Origin: the human T2T-CHM13v2.0 reference genome, Homo sapiens
NCBI RefSeq assembly: GCF_009914755.1
Contig: NC_060937.1
DNA: 64,000 nucleotides
Direction: 5' to 3' (one strand)
The notes under the pieces are model-generated. The model was not told where the DNA came from. It was given only the letters and a program-made list of their open reading frames with translations, and did not search any database. How positions within the stretch are numbered: the first letter of the stretch is position 1; each line of letters begins with the position of its first letter. The position numbers and the translations under genes were made by a program. Shown one piece after another: positions 1 to 13,779 of the stretch.

Positions 1-12
1 TATTGCAGCCAC
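1..12 (-). CDS. ESD: ESD coding exon, 5' part only (continues beyond window edge); (R)GCNI
   Basis: Minus strand reads ...cttgatag|GT GGC TGC AAT A. Acceptor AG at 13-14; the phase completes the C|GT Arg codon from the exon at 1473-1571. Confidence 0.9.
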
Positions 13-1472
13 CTATCAAGAAACAATCTTGTGGTTTCATCTGCTCTGTAGTAATGGCCCATGTTTAATAACACACTTTCAGATGAATCTGCAAGTCCAT
101 TTGCATGGGAACTGTTCACCAAATGTTGTGAGCTCTCTGCCTTTTGGAGCACATGATAGGATTATACTTCCTGCTCCTCTTGCCCTTGAATGGGGCCCTG
201 CGACTCGTTCTGGCCAATGAGGTAAAAAATGACCTTCCAAGCTGGAGTATTCAGCTGCCAAGGTAAGATACACTAACTTTCTTTGTTGATGAAGTTTCTT
301 ATGTACTCTGAACATATGTTTCCTTACTCTGGTTTACCTGTCAAAAAGGACTTATATCCTCTTTTTATCTTTCAGAAATGTGTTGTGATCCCTTCCCTGA
401 TGACCCTCTCTCACTATCAGCACTTTTTAAATTCTCTTTACACAGGAGTGGGGAGGCAGATGCTTGTGCTCAACTTACTATCTTGAACTGAAAATGTTTT
501 CTAATATGCTTTCCATCACATTTTTCCTATCTATCCAACCTCCACTGGAATTTTCTTATGTTTCTTTTTAACTTGTTACATTTTATTTTATATACTTGCA
601 TGTGGTTAAAAAGCCAACCATTGGGATTTTGAATAGAATTACAGTAACACGTAGAGTAATTTGGAGACATGACCTTGTCGTAAGATTCATTTTATCCATC
701 TAGAAACACAGCATTTTCCCATTTATTAAAGTCTTCGTTTATGATAACAAAATTTTAGTTTCCCTTTTATATATCTATTTTCGTATTTTATATTTTTGAT
801 ATTATTTTGAATTAAATCTGTTGTTATATTTCTAACCAGATATGCATTGTTTTTGTATAATATGGCCTGTGAAAGGAAATATACTACTTGCCAGGCCAGC
901 CATATAACTTCCCTAGTTTTACTGCCATTTAAATTCCATTTCCTGAAACTTCTAGAGTCATAAAACAAGTTTTAACTGTCTGATGCATTGAGTCTCACGT
1001 AGTTGATATTTTCATTTCTCTAATGTAAATATTCAAATCATTTATATTAAAACTAATACTTGTTTAACTGTATGGTTGATGTTAACAGAGATGAAAAAAG
1101 ATGTAATTATCATGCAACAAGACAGTATACCTCTGGAATAGAAAAATAATTTCCTATGCATTACACATTAGTATTTTGACAGTAGTGCCAACATGATATA
1201 TGAATTGAGTTGCTCAATCTCTGCTTTGAAGTATCTTAATCTGTACAATGGGAATAGCAAAACTATCCTCTTTCATAAAGGCCATGTCATGAGTAAAATT
1301 CAATGAGGAAAATGTACAGCATGGTATTTTGGAGTCATGATGCCACTTGAAAGGTTAATAGAGATAACAGCAAAAATATAAAATGAATTGTATAATGTAT
1401 ATATCATACCACTTTATACCAGTCTTAAAGATTTAGATTTTTACAAAGGATATCTAGACCACAAACACTTAC

Positions 1473-1571
1473 GAGGGCTGGTATCTGGAGCAATGACAAC
1501 AAGACCATGTTCTGAAGCAGACTGATGATAACCAGATTTTGATATAAAATTTTGCTCTGTGCAAGTTAAAC
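1473..1571 (-). CDS. ESD: ESD coding exon, 99 nt: (G)[32 protein letters not shown](R)
   Basis: ttcag| acceptor and |gtaagt donor; manual translation matches esterase D; phase 1 at both ends fits the neighbouring exons. Confidence 0.97.
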
Positions 1572-1594
1572 CTGAAGATAAAAAATATTGTTAT

Positions 1595-1822
1595 TGGGCA
1601 CACATGGACATGAAGATGTGCACCATTAATACTGGGGACTATTAGAGCAGGGGGAGACGGAGACGGACAAGGGCTGAAAAACTACCAGTTAGGTACTATG
1701 TTCACTACCCGGGTGATGGTATCTTTCATACCCCAAACCTCCATGTCACGCAATACGCTCATATAACAAACCTGCACGTGTACCCCTTTAATCTAAAATA
1801 AAAGTTGAAATTATTAAAAATA
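1595..1822 (+). mobile_element. L1 3' end fragment (L1PB/L1MA-like)
   Basis: GGGCACACATGGACAT...ACAAACCTGCACGTGTACCCC...AATAAAAGTT typical L1 3' UTR. Confidence 0.8.
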
Positions 1823-4241
1823 AATTATCTCATGCTATATTGTGAATGGTTTATAAGCTTTAAACTGTTTATAATACAGGAAAACAAGCTCATTTGGTAT
1901 TATTATTTTTTTTGCTTTAGAAACAATTTTGAGTAAGACACTAAAATTCACTTTTTCACAAAATTTGTAATAGTATTAACCTAAGAACTGTGTTAGGTTA
2001 AGTGATCCCATAACTATCCTTTTAAAATCACTACTAAAGTTTCAATTACTAAAATCCTTTGGACCAGGAGTGTTTGGGAATTCAGAAATTTTCAAACTGT
2101 AGAGTGACAATATGGTGCATAAGCCCAATATTAAAACAACCCCAGTGAAGTGTTATCAAATATGCTAATTAAACATCGCACTATTTCTGCACCAAAACAT
2201 ATTCACAGTAAATAAGCAAATACTATGGTCTTCATAATACAAATACTTTTTTTTACATACAGATAGTTCTCAGCAACAAAATTTAGCTTAATCATCTTTG
2301 TATTCTTCACTGAACTAAAAAGAGAGTAATGGTGACCATATGCCATCCTTAAATTGAGTTTTAGCCTCAGTTTTTAGAAGTTTCTGTTATTTTTCCTAGC
2401 TCCATGCTTTTCAGTCATGATAGAGGAGATGACTTAATTCTTTTACTATAGGTATCTAATACTACAATGATGTGAGAATGGTGAGGAATGAACTAGCAAT
2501 CGATTTTATTGATCATTTCACCAGTTGAGAGAGATTTGGTTTGTTTATACTTTTTGGCTATTATAATAGTGTGCCATGAACATTCATGTGCAAGTTTCTG
2601 TATGGACATGTTTTCAATTCTATTGGGTACACAGCTAATAAAGGGCTGTTTCAATGGTCACCTTCACTTGGGAAAGATACAAATCACTACACATGAACTA
2701 TCTTTTAAGATTTCAGTTTGGCTGTTTTGATTTCAGCTAATTTCTCTATTTTAGCTATATAATAATTGTGTAATCTTTCTGTCATTGTTTTCCTTAGACT
2801 TGCTGGGAAGTAAACCTTCTGAAATTTTTTTGTCACCATTTCTCACGTGCACTGGTCAGGCAATCTTACCTTTACTCAGAAAATCAAGCCTTAATTTCCA
2901 AGGTCTATCTGTTCTTCAGCATCTCACTAAGGAAACTGTCCTGTCATTTGATGTAAACAAACAAAAATTCTGTATTTTATACTTGTAAAGCTCAGATATG
3001 TCTTGCTAGATTCAATTTTAGTTAAAACTTAGGGCCCTATTATTAGAGTACCTATGACACAATGCCTCAGGGCTTCTGGTTATTATTGTTTAGCCAAGAG
3101 ATATGACTATAGTACCCCTCACCAGAAACAAAACGCAAAAACAACAGGAGAAAAAACTAAATACAGCTCTGGACTGTGAGTCAGAAAACTTGTTCAACTC
3201 CACATTAGCGTGTGACCCTGGACAATATTTAGCTTCACTGGGCCTCATTTTCTTTCTAGGGATTACATGATTTCTAAGATCATTTTTAGCTATACAATAT
3301 TATATTTTCTAAGACAATTAAATAACTAATTTTGTTGCTCTTGCTTTTAGCAATACCTAATGCTCTTCTAGCAAAATCAGTGCTCTTCATTCAATCACAG
3401 AAATGTTTTCTTGAGTTAAAGTCAGATATGCACTTAATCTTTACCCTTTAAGATGAAATATTTATTCTCATTTTCAAAGACTGGTATTTGGGACTTGTCC
3501 TTGATGAAACACACATGAGGGAGGATTTGTTAAATCAAAGTTACAGGAACCAATTTGAAGGAAACAAAATTAAAATAGTACTCTGTGACACAATTTAGTT
3601 GCTAGGATTCTCTCCTTATGTTTGCTTCTGAAGATGAAGTACCAGCGTCTTGTGAAAGAAAAGTTAGCATAGAGGTTTCAAAACTGCAGGTGTCAAAATC
3701 TTACTCTTCACAATCTATTCTACAGTAGTTAATATGAAACACTGATTAAGAGAAGCCTTAGCGTTCTTTTGTGACTTTCCAGATTGTTGTCAGAGAAGCT
3801 CTATGGAGTCCAGTTAAAATATTTTAGAGAACACTGTAAGTTATTTGACTTTTTACAATAGCTGGTTTCTAATTAGAGTATCTTGGTGTCCTGATTTCAC
3901 CTAATATTGTTCTAATGGACTAGTAAAGTCTCTATAAACTCCAGAAATGCTTGGGTAGGTCCAAATTAAGTAAATAAGTTTTCTAAGCCCTTGCTATTGA
4001 GTACAGAACTTTACATTCTCTGCTAAATTACTTGGTCTATTAGAAAAATATATGAAATAAATATAATTCAGTAGGTCTGAAATTATTCTGAGGATAAAAG
4101 TAACAGAGTAGACTATGACAGGTCCTTAAAGTCTTTCATAAATGGCTCAAAAAGCCTACCAAGTTAAAATAAAAGGGTAAGATAAGCCAGTTAAAAAGAA
4201 AATAGAAACGACTTTATAAAACTCAAATGCATAATACTTAC

Positions 4242-4330
4242 CTGAGAGCCAATACAGTGCAGGGCACTTTCCTGTTTCTGCCTTTGGTGGTAAGTAGACA
4301 GCAAATTTCATTTTGCAGTTTAGTTCAACA
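4242..4330 (-). CDS. ESD: ESD coding exon, 89 nt: (S)[29 protein letters not shown](G)
   Basis: ctag| acceptor, CAG|gtaagt donor; translation matches esterase D; phases 2 and 1. Confidence 0.97.
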
Positions 4331-6137
4331 CTAGTTTTAACAAAAACAACAACAAAATATTAATGCCCCTCATTAATCAATACAGAAACAAAATAATTAT
4401 GCACTATATAAAAAGTAAGATATATACTAAAGGTCCAAAATAAGTTATTTAATGTTCAAAATAAGTGGTTCCACTAACATTTAACGAATATACTTGTCCC
4501 TTAAAGAAAGAATGTGGTCAATTTAGCATACTGATCTAAACCAACCTGAGCCTATACTTTGCATGGCACTGTCATTCTGGGCAAAATAAGTGAAAAAATA
4601 AATGTAATTCATTGTGGCATTTATTAAAAAATAGTTTTTGTTTCTAAAGAAATGTATGAAATGACAAATCATCTTTCATAAAAAAATGAATTCTTGAGAT
4701 CTTACATATTTGTTCATAGGCACTAAAATGCAACACATCCTTAATTCGCTCTTTCATCACTAATATTTTATCACAATCACTATTAATGCAACTAGAAAAG
4801 ACAATTTTGATTAAAACCACAGGCGTTTTTCCAGTAAACAGTAATTCATGCAACAGTGATCTCTCATGGGTTTATTTAAAACATCATATAAATGGAAGTA
4901 AACTCTTACTACTTCAGAGTAAACACCTATCTTTTTATCAAAGTTATGTAAGTACATAGTTTAAAGTAAACTGTAACTAAATAGTAAATACTTCCACACA
5001 CTGTTATGAAAAACTAAATATATATAAAAACTAAATATATAAAAAACTCTCCAACCTTCTCATTTTCCATATTCCAGAGATAATTAATTTACCTCTTTTA
5101 GTTGATTTTTCTGGTATTTATGTCCCTATCTACATAATATGACTTTATTACTGCTTCTAGATTTTTCAGTTTTTAGTTATTATCTATTGGCTTCCCATTA
5201 TAGAAGGATTTTAGTTAACTTTCAGCTCCCTGTCTTTGCTCTCTGCATGCCCCTACATTTCTCCTTCCACTATCGTATCACATATAATTTTGGTTAATCA
5301 ATATTAAGAAGTTATAAATGCTATTCAGAGATAAGCCATGTAGTATATTAGCATTACTTTCCTTTTTCTTTCAGTTTTTTTTGTTTTCATTGAGCTGGTA
5401 ATTCTCTCCTTTTTGTTACTGGTTATCCTTCCTTGTTAGGAATAGACTCCCACAAAGGCCCCATCATGGGAAGTTTTCTGTATGCTCCTTTCCATTCTCT
5501 GCATATTGGTGATTTTCTTTTTCCACATTATTCTAAGCAACTTTTCTTGTTGATGACTGACGGCACAAAAAATTTCTGACATTTGTTTTTAGGTTTTCAA
5601 CTTTTGTTAGGGAAGCTGAAACATTTACTTTCATTATAATACTATATCAAATCCATATTCAATGCAGGGATATCTGTTATCAATACGTAAAATCAAGAGA
5701 ACATAATCTTGTTACAGAATGGTTGGTGCCTTAAGACCTTTCTTGCACACTTAAACATTTGTTAAGAGGGTATATTTCATGTTGTTTTGTTATTACAACA
5801 AAATTTTTAAAAGAGGACCTTTCTCAAGCAGTTGTGGAATAAATCAGGTCTAAAGTATGTTCAACAGTGGTATGATTAACACTTATGTAAAAGCAAAAAA
5901 AAAAAAAAAAAACACAACAGGATTATCAAGCAATCTTCTGAAACCTCTGTCCCTATCATGTCATTAAGATGTTGCTCAATTACCAAAAGAATACAATCTC
6001 ATGCACAGATATTTGTGTGGTCACTCTGCATGTATCACTAATTCAATACCAAACTCCCCCAACCCTGATTGGTTTCATAAATTTCCTCTCTAATACAGTC
6101 AGTTCTATCAATTTCATCTACATTAAAAAAACCCCTT

Positions 6138-6325
6138 CAGACCAGTACTGCCGAACAGAACTTTCTACAGTGATATTAATAAAAATGTTCTATCTATGTA
6201 TTGTCCAGTACAACAGCTTCTGGTCATGTGACTACTGAGCACCTGAAATGTGGCTAGTGGGACTGAAGTTTTATTAATTAGCTAATTTGATGTAAATGGC
6301 TACATGTAATTACTGGCTACCATCT
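6138..6325. mobile_element. MER3-like hAT-Charlie MITE
   Basis: AGAACTTTCTACAGTGAT...GAGCACCTGAAATGTGGCTAGTG resembles the MER3/MER33 consensus. Confidence 0.65.
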
Positions 6326-7032
6326 CCAACTTTTGACCTGCTGCTTTCTAGTTGCTGCCTTAATATAGCTCCACTCATCTGGAAACTCTTTCTCCTCTGA
6401 TCTGTTTTCTTGGATCTTATGCCTTCAGCTATCTTGCTTTAGTCCCTCATTTTGGTGAAGCATATTATTCAGTTGCTTCCAAAAGTGCATGGGAAATACA
6501 CTTTGAGACCTTTCATATATGAAAACATCTTCATTCTACTCTCACTTAATTGACAATATGGTTGGACATAGAAGTTATCCTTCAGAATCCTGAAAGCACT
6601 GCTGCTCTGCCTTCTTAGTTCTAGTAATACCGTTGAGCTGACCTAAACCTTTGAAAAATTCTTAATCTACTTTCTCTTTTTCTCAATGTTTGAGAATTTT
6701 CTTTGTTCCCAACACTCTAAAACTTTACTATGTTGTTGGTGTAGATCTATTTTCATCCATTGTACTAGACAACTTTTTAAATCTGGCAACTTCAGTTCTG
6801 GGAATTCTTGAATTATTTATTATTTATATCTATACCTCTATTTCTGTTCTATTTTCCAAAATTCCTAACTTTTAATGTTGGATTTTTGGACTAGTCCTCT
6901 AATTTTGTTGTCCTTTCTGATTTATCACTTTTATCTTATTTTACTTTCTAGAATGTTCAACTAACCATTCTATTGAGTTTTGTCATTTCTACTACCAAAA
7001 TTTAAATGTCTAGGCTTTTTTGTAGTTGAGGA

Positions 7033-7362
<330 letters not shown>

Positions 7363-8566
7363 ATGTACTTGAATATTTTTTAATAGCATCCTATGAAGTC
7401 AAGAGGTCAATATCTTTTATACTTTGATATGAAGAGAAGTTCATATCAAATTAAAGACTTTATACAAATGTCTAGTGATCTTTAGCTGTCCACTCCTATT
7501 TAAGAGAGAAACACTAAAAATCTAGTTGAAAGCACTGTGCCTACAGGTGGAGTTGTCAATCATTGCTTTACTGTAAGGTCTGGTTAGGTTACTTTGTTGG
7601 CAAATCTCAGTATCTTGAAATCTCTTCCTTTGGGCTACTCAAACTCCCCACAAAGAAATTCTTCTAAAGGATATAAGACTAAGTCCCCAAATTTTGAAAG
7701 CTAGTGGAAGAAACTCAGTGTGCAAACTTTTGCTTAATCTATTTGCAGTATCACAATCCCACTAATTGTGTCTGGTATTCCCCAGTACAAACAGTTTACT
7801 TTCTCTAGAGAACTTACCTCCAATCTTTCCCAGAGTTAGGAAGAGGCAGTCCATAAAGCTGGGACACTCTCAGATCTATCTCCTTTTAAAAACAGACTTT
7901 CAATTAATCTTTTTTCTAAGCTCAACTTTTATCCTTATTTTCAGGGGTCCCTGGTGCCTCCAATTACTATGGCTTTAAATAAATTGTGTCATTTCTCAGG
8001 TTTTCTTGCTTATGTTTAGAATGTAGCTTTCTAGGTTTTACTAAGTCAGGTACTACCTCTCCATTTGTATTCCTGCTTCTAAAATGTTATTCTTAGCTCC
8101 TGTCTCCTGCTTCTTTATGCCTTTATAGGTATATGTATGTGTGCGTGTGTGTTTAATCTCTTTACTTAATGCCATGTTAGTCAGAGTTTTGGAGGCAGCG
8201 GAAGCAAATGCATGTGTTTAGTGTGCCATCTTTCTCAAAAAGTCCAGGTGTTTTTCCTACACTTAGAGATCCTCAAAGAAAATGTTTTCAGAATTTTTAC
8301 TGGCAACATAAGCATTTTCATAAAGTTTCAGAAGAGCATCATGTCAAAGCTTGAAGATACTTCTCTGTTAAGGCTCTACCTCACACAATCACATCCACAG
8401 TTAATTAAGTCTGGTAGAATTGTCAAATACATAACCACAGAAAGAGAGTAAGCAAGTTTAAAAGTAAAATGAGGTACTATAATATCTAGATAAAGATTGG
8501 TTTTAAAATAGAACAAAATAATCCAACAGAATGAGGTATCTAAAATTATATCTTCTTAATAGTTAC

Positions 8567-8634
8567 CTGTCATGTTCAAAAACTTTCTGCAATCCCCCAA
8601 AGCACTTGTTGCTGGAAATCTGCTTCAATGCCAT
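8567..8634 (-). CDS. ESD: ESD first coding segment: [22 protein letters not shown](S); exon spans 8567-8641 including 7 nt of 5' UTR
   Basis: taatag|GAAAAGA ATG GCA TTG...; good Kozak (A at -3, G at +4); CAG|gtaact donor. Confidence 0.97.
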
Positions 8635-10617
8635 TCTTTTCCTATTAGTAAAGAGTAATCTCATTAATTTCCAGAGAATTAGTTACTGAAAAACTTGAAA
8701 CAAAACTAATTGCCTTCAGATAAATTATCTGAACATACAACTATTTTCTACTTAGAATTTTTTTTTCACATTTTTCTCCAGTAAATAATATTAAGAAACT
8801 GATTAACGCTCATACATGCATTTACACTTGTTACTCACTTTTAAAAGCTTTCATACTTTGGTATATCATTACTAATTTATTAACAAGTTTTTTCGTTGTG
8901 GTGGACTGCCCCAAATTATTTTTAAAAGAGGCAGAAAATACATAAGTTACCAATTAATTACCTTAGTTTAGAAGATTAAAAATTGTTAATAGTCTGCCTA
9001 TCAACTGCAACAAAGTAGTCAAGGAATTGGTATGACTGATTATAGTTGATTTTAAAATGGAAGAAAGATGTGATAATGATTTTGGTAATAATAATATGTA
9101 ACATTACTGAACACTTACGGTGTGATACACATTTTTCTAGACACTAAACCAGATCCAATTACTCATCCCATGAATTTTTAAGAGAAAGTGATATGAAACT
9201 TTAAGATCAACATTTATTTCTCCTTTTAAAACAAACCAATAAGTAAAACAAGCCTGTTAACTTCTTTTCTGTCCAACAAATCTTTTGTTTTCATGTAAAA
9301 ATAATTTTAAACTTACATGTAAAATGACATATTTTATTGCTTTTAATGATAAATACAGGAAAAAAGTTGGAAAACTATCTTTATCATAAATGCCTATTAA
9401 GCAAAGGGAAACCACACTGATTCTGACATGTACCTCTCAAAGAAAGATTCCCTTTCTATTCCTAGAAACACTGTATTAGAATATAAGGCAGTAAGTCCTA
9501 CATATTGAAGAAAAAGCTTTAGATATCAGGAACAGGTATTACCACCCTGGTGATCTTCTCAGAGAAATGCACTACTACATGCTAATCAGCTGGAGCTTTA
9601 GGATTACTCTTTCAAAGATGTATAACAATAATCTTAAAAAGCTAATTTTGGAAATGTCTTTATAAAATACTTTAAAAAATTAGTTTCAATCTTATCTCTA
9701 ATTTCTTCAATAAACCCAAATAGTTTTATTTTGGAAGACTGGGATTTGAACCCAGAAGTCTGACATCAGAAGCCCTACTCTTAACTGCTATGCTGTCCTG
9801 ACTCTCTAGAGGTTCTTTAAATACTCATTTTTTAAGACACTTTAAGATAACTGATTCTATAGAATTATGATATTACAACTGTACACAAAGAAATTACCAT
9901 CTGCTCAGTTTTATGCTTTTAATCTATAAAAGATTAATTCTTAAACAATAAACTCCCATGAGATGTTATTAGTTACTGAATATTAACTTTAGCTACTGTT
10001 AACAATCCTATCTTAAATAATGAACTTATAGAGAGAGATACTAATTTTAATATATTAATACATATATATGAGACCAACAAATAAAATTTATTTGCTCCAT
10101 TATTCCACAAGGAAACCAGATTTTCTTAAACTTAGAAAGGACTATATCCACTTTGCAAAAGATGGTACACTGAGCACGTATCTGGTACATAGGAGTCTGT
10201 ATCTTTGCTATTCGTCTATTTTAATAAACCTCAAGTTGTCAGTTTTCTCTGCTCTTAAAATTCAAAATCAAATGCTTTTCATTTGGCCAGAAGAAACAAG
10301 ATTAAAACACTTTTTAAAAGTTGGTAGAATATTTTTTAAAAAACAAAGCTTTTAAAGTATTTTTTCTACCCACCATTTTAGAAACTATCTTTAATTACAA
10401 ATCAAAAAAATATGTTAGGCTTAACAAGAAATATGACATAAACTAAGAACTAGATATGACATACTGTGATATACTATGATATCTGATACATTATAATAGG
10501 TGGTTATATTTTTCAATAGAATTTTTCTATGTGAAAAATAGCACGTTTTAAAACAAGCTATTAGTGGTATTTTCATTCAATGTTCAGAGTAACATATAAA
10601 CAATAAAACAAGTTTAC

Positions 10618-10665
10618 CTGTCCAATTGCTGATTGCTTTTTGCTTGCACCAAATGGTAGGCGATT
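10618..10665 (-). other. ESD: ESD non-coding 5' UTR exon 2 (48 nt)
   Basis: tttttttcag|AATCGCCTACC...TTGGACAG|gtaaac; agrees with the ESD mRNA leader as I recall it. Confidence 0.88.
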
Positions 10666-11379
10666 CTGAAAAAAACACCAATGGTTTACAAATGGGATAT
10701 ACTTTTCACAGCAAAGGTTATACAGAGCTTTTATATGCATATGCATTCTCAATAGAGATGTTTTCTTCTTTTGAGGTAAATGACTGTACACCCTGATGGG
10801 ATACCACATCACCACTTAATTACCTTAATTGCCCATAATCTAATTATTTGCCACAGGCCACCTTAATACCTATTTTGCCATAAAGCTTGTTGGTACTTGG
10901 TCAAAACCATCTGCTGAAGTAAAAGTACTATGAAAGTTTTTTATCTTTTTAAATCAATAAACAAAGTTTTCAAGTGTAATTTCGAAGCATGAGATGTAGT
11001 CAACTCCTGAGTGAAGAAAATAAGAGTGGGGACTAGGTAAGTAGAGGAAGATGGATCTATCTGGCTCAGTTGTAAGTCGAACTTGTAACATGGGGAGAAA
11101 GAAGGGAAGAGATGAGGACTGAAGGACTACTACTAGGGTGACTAGAAAGGATGTATAAGAAAAGTGGGCTTATGAACGATGAAGTGACTGATATTCAGTA
11201 AGAAAAATATATATGGAAACTTACATAGTATATATCATGTCACTTATCTGGTAGATTTCATTTAGGCTCTAGAACAAATATATATTTAGGTTCTAGAACA
11301 GATTTTGTGGGAGAAATAGGGTGACAGAGTAGGGTGGAATACCAAAAAACCAAACAACACCCTTCCTCCTTCCCCTCCA

Positions 11380-11420
11380 AAAAACAACAACAACAACAAC
11401 AACAACAAAAACAGAAAAAC
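11380..11420 (+). repeat. (CAA)n microsatellite
   Basis: aacaacaacaac run. Confidence 0.9.
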
Positions 11421-11553
11421 AATTTCACAGTGCCAGTGGGAGTTACACAATTTTTCCCAAATGTTAGTGAACATCAACATTCTTTGGAGAAGAAAGGGTC
11501 TCTCAGTGCATAATACATCCATTCCCCTAAAGGTCAAACCTTACTGTTCTTCC

Positions 11554-11748
11554 CTTTATTTTTTATTTTTTGGAGATGGGGTCTTGGCTGTGTGGCCCAG
11601 GTTGTAGTACAGTTGCATAATCATGACTCAGTGTAACCTAGAACTCCAAGCTTCAAGTGTTCTCCTACCTCAGCCTCCTGAGCAGCTAGGACTACAGGTG
11701 CGTACCACACTGGAATATTTTTTTTTTTAATTTTTTGTAGAGACAGGG
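11554..11748 (-). mobile_element. Old Alu fragment (AluJ/FRAM-like)
   Basis: Diverged right arm plus linker. Confidence 0.85.
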
Positions 11749-12965
11749 CCCTTTACTTATTAAAGTTAAATGTCATCCACCTCCAGAAATCTGAGTTCTA
11801 TTTTTATCCTTCTTCCCCTGTGTCTCAAGTTTTCCATAAATCTCTACATGTGTTTTTTTGTTCCCATTCTCTCAGATTCCTTGGATTTTGATGTTTCTTC
11901 ATTTCCAGGATGTCCTATTCCACTGGCTCTTAACAACCTAGACAGGTGTTCCCAAAACCAACAATCTACAGTTCCAATAACTGCTGTTGACCACCACTGT
12001 GTTGTTCAAATCCTCTTCTCAGTGAAAACTCAGGATCTGGCTTCTTCCCTTTCACTCTGTCTCCTCCCACCTCCCTTTTCTTTTTTCTTCACACTCTTTC
12101 CCTAAACCTCATTCCCTAAATTTCAACTACATTTTCTGGGTGAAATAATCTAAATCTGCATCTCTATAACCAATCTTTCTCAAGCATTAGTACCCATAAT
12201 GACATTTCTTGCTGGACTCTTCTACCAAGACATGTCACCAGCTATTAAAACTTACCACACCTAAAATTAAGCTTCTGCATCTCACCTTCAAACCATTCCT
12301 CTTTTCATTGCCTCTCTTTTTCAGACTCATGCCTGTCTTGCCTAATCTACATTTGAGATGCCTCAAAGTTACCTTCTTTTTGAATTCCCACTGCCATCAT
12401 CCTAATTATATATAAGAAATTAAAACTTAGCCTCTTCCTTTCTTCCTAATACATCCCACTACGATCAATCCTGCATGAAAGCCTAGGGTTTTAATCCACT
12501 TAATTTACTGGTCAACGGATCCCTACCAACAGCTCATCTGCAGCCTAATACGGCCTACGTGGAATTGTTAGTCATTTTTATTTAGTATTTTAAAAACTGT
12601 GATAAAAACACATACATAATATTTACTATCTTAACCATTCCTAAGTGTGTATTTCAGTAGTGTTAAGTATCCATTAGTCATATGTAAAAACGCAGTTCGC
12701 CAGCTCACAATAATGAGCAGATGAGAACTGCCTCATCACCCCCTGGCTGCTGCAGGTGGAGACTACTAATCCCTTTCGCTGTTAGGCCAGTCGCTGAGAA
12801 CCAGAAAGTCACTGAAATGGAAGACCATGTTAATTGTACAATTTTCTTCAAGTTTAATGCCATTAAAATTTCATAAAATTAAAACCATGCAGGATCACTG
12901 AAAAAATAGATGAATAAAACTCCATATAAACTTCAGTCACACTCTACCTGTGTGCAAACACAGTC

Positions 12966-13182
12966 TTTTTTTTCTTCTTTTTTTTTTTTTTGAGACAGGG
13001 TCAAACTCTGTGGCCCAGATTGGAGTGCAGTGGCCTGATCTCGGCTCACTGCAATCATCTCGGCCCCCGGGCTCAGGTGATCCTCCCGCCTCAGCCTCTG
13101 GAGTAGTTGGGACCACAGGTGGCACCACCATGCCCAGGTAATTTTTTGTAGAGGAGGTTTTGCCATGCTGCCTAGGCTGGGT
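12966..13182 (-). mobile_element. AluJ, truncated
   Basis: T-tail, GAGACAGGGTC, GGGCTCAGGTGATCCTCCCGCC. Confidence 0.9.
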
Positions 13183-13429
13183 CTCTTTTCCTTCATAAAA
13201 ATTCACATGGCTTGCCTAGGTAAGGATTTCTATTAAACTCTGGGGAAAATTTTTTAAAAAAAATATAGCATCTATAAACGCCAAACACCTTCACATGGCT
13301 CTAAATATGGTCTATAATTTGGTCCCAGATTATTTTTCTGGTCTCACTCCCTATTTTGTTAGTTAAACTCAACTATGCATAATTCTAGGATGGCCTGGAT
13401 GTTGCTATCGGGTGGCTTTACTCAATGCC

Positions 13430-13670
13430 ACGGTACAATGGTTTCAGAGCAGGTTTTGGGGCCAGACCCTCCGGGTTCAAACCCTGACTTCACCACTTAT
13501 TACTACATGACACTGGGCAAGCTAATCTATGCCTCATTTGCCCATCTGCAAAATGGGTATACAGTAATATATATCAATTTGATAGGGTTGCTCTGGGAAT
13601 TAAATGAGTTAATTCACGTAGTGCTTAAAATGCTGCTTCTACCACACACACAAACATGAGCTATTATTTT
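13430..13670 (+). mobile_element. MIR
   Basis: GGGTTCAAACCCTGACTTCACCACTTA...CATCTGCAAAATGGG core. Confidence 0.8.
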
Positions 13671-13779
13671 TCCTGCAACCTGAATGCCCTCTCCTTCCAG
13701 GTGCGCTCAATCCCATTTCCCTAATGACCCCATCAGAAATGACTTCCAGTCCCCCACAGCGCTCTGAGAGCATTTTACG

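Noticed and set aside
1976-2001. 9-bp hairpin TTAACCTAA...TTAGGTTAA
   Set aside because: Expected by chance in 64 kb of AT-rich DNA; no supporting context.
5008-5048. Short tandem duplications (also at about 11260-11303 and 28689-28712)
   Set aside because: Ordinary two-copy slippage products, not arrays.
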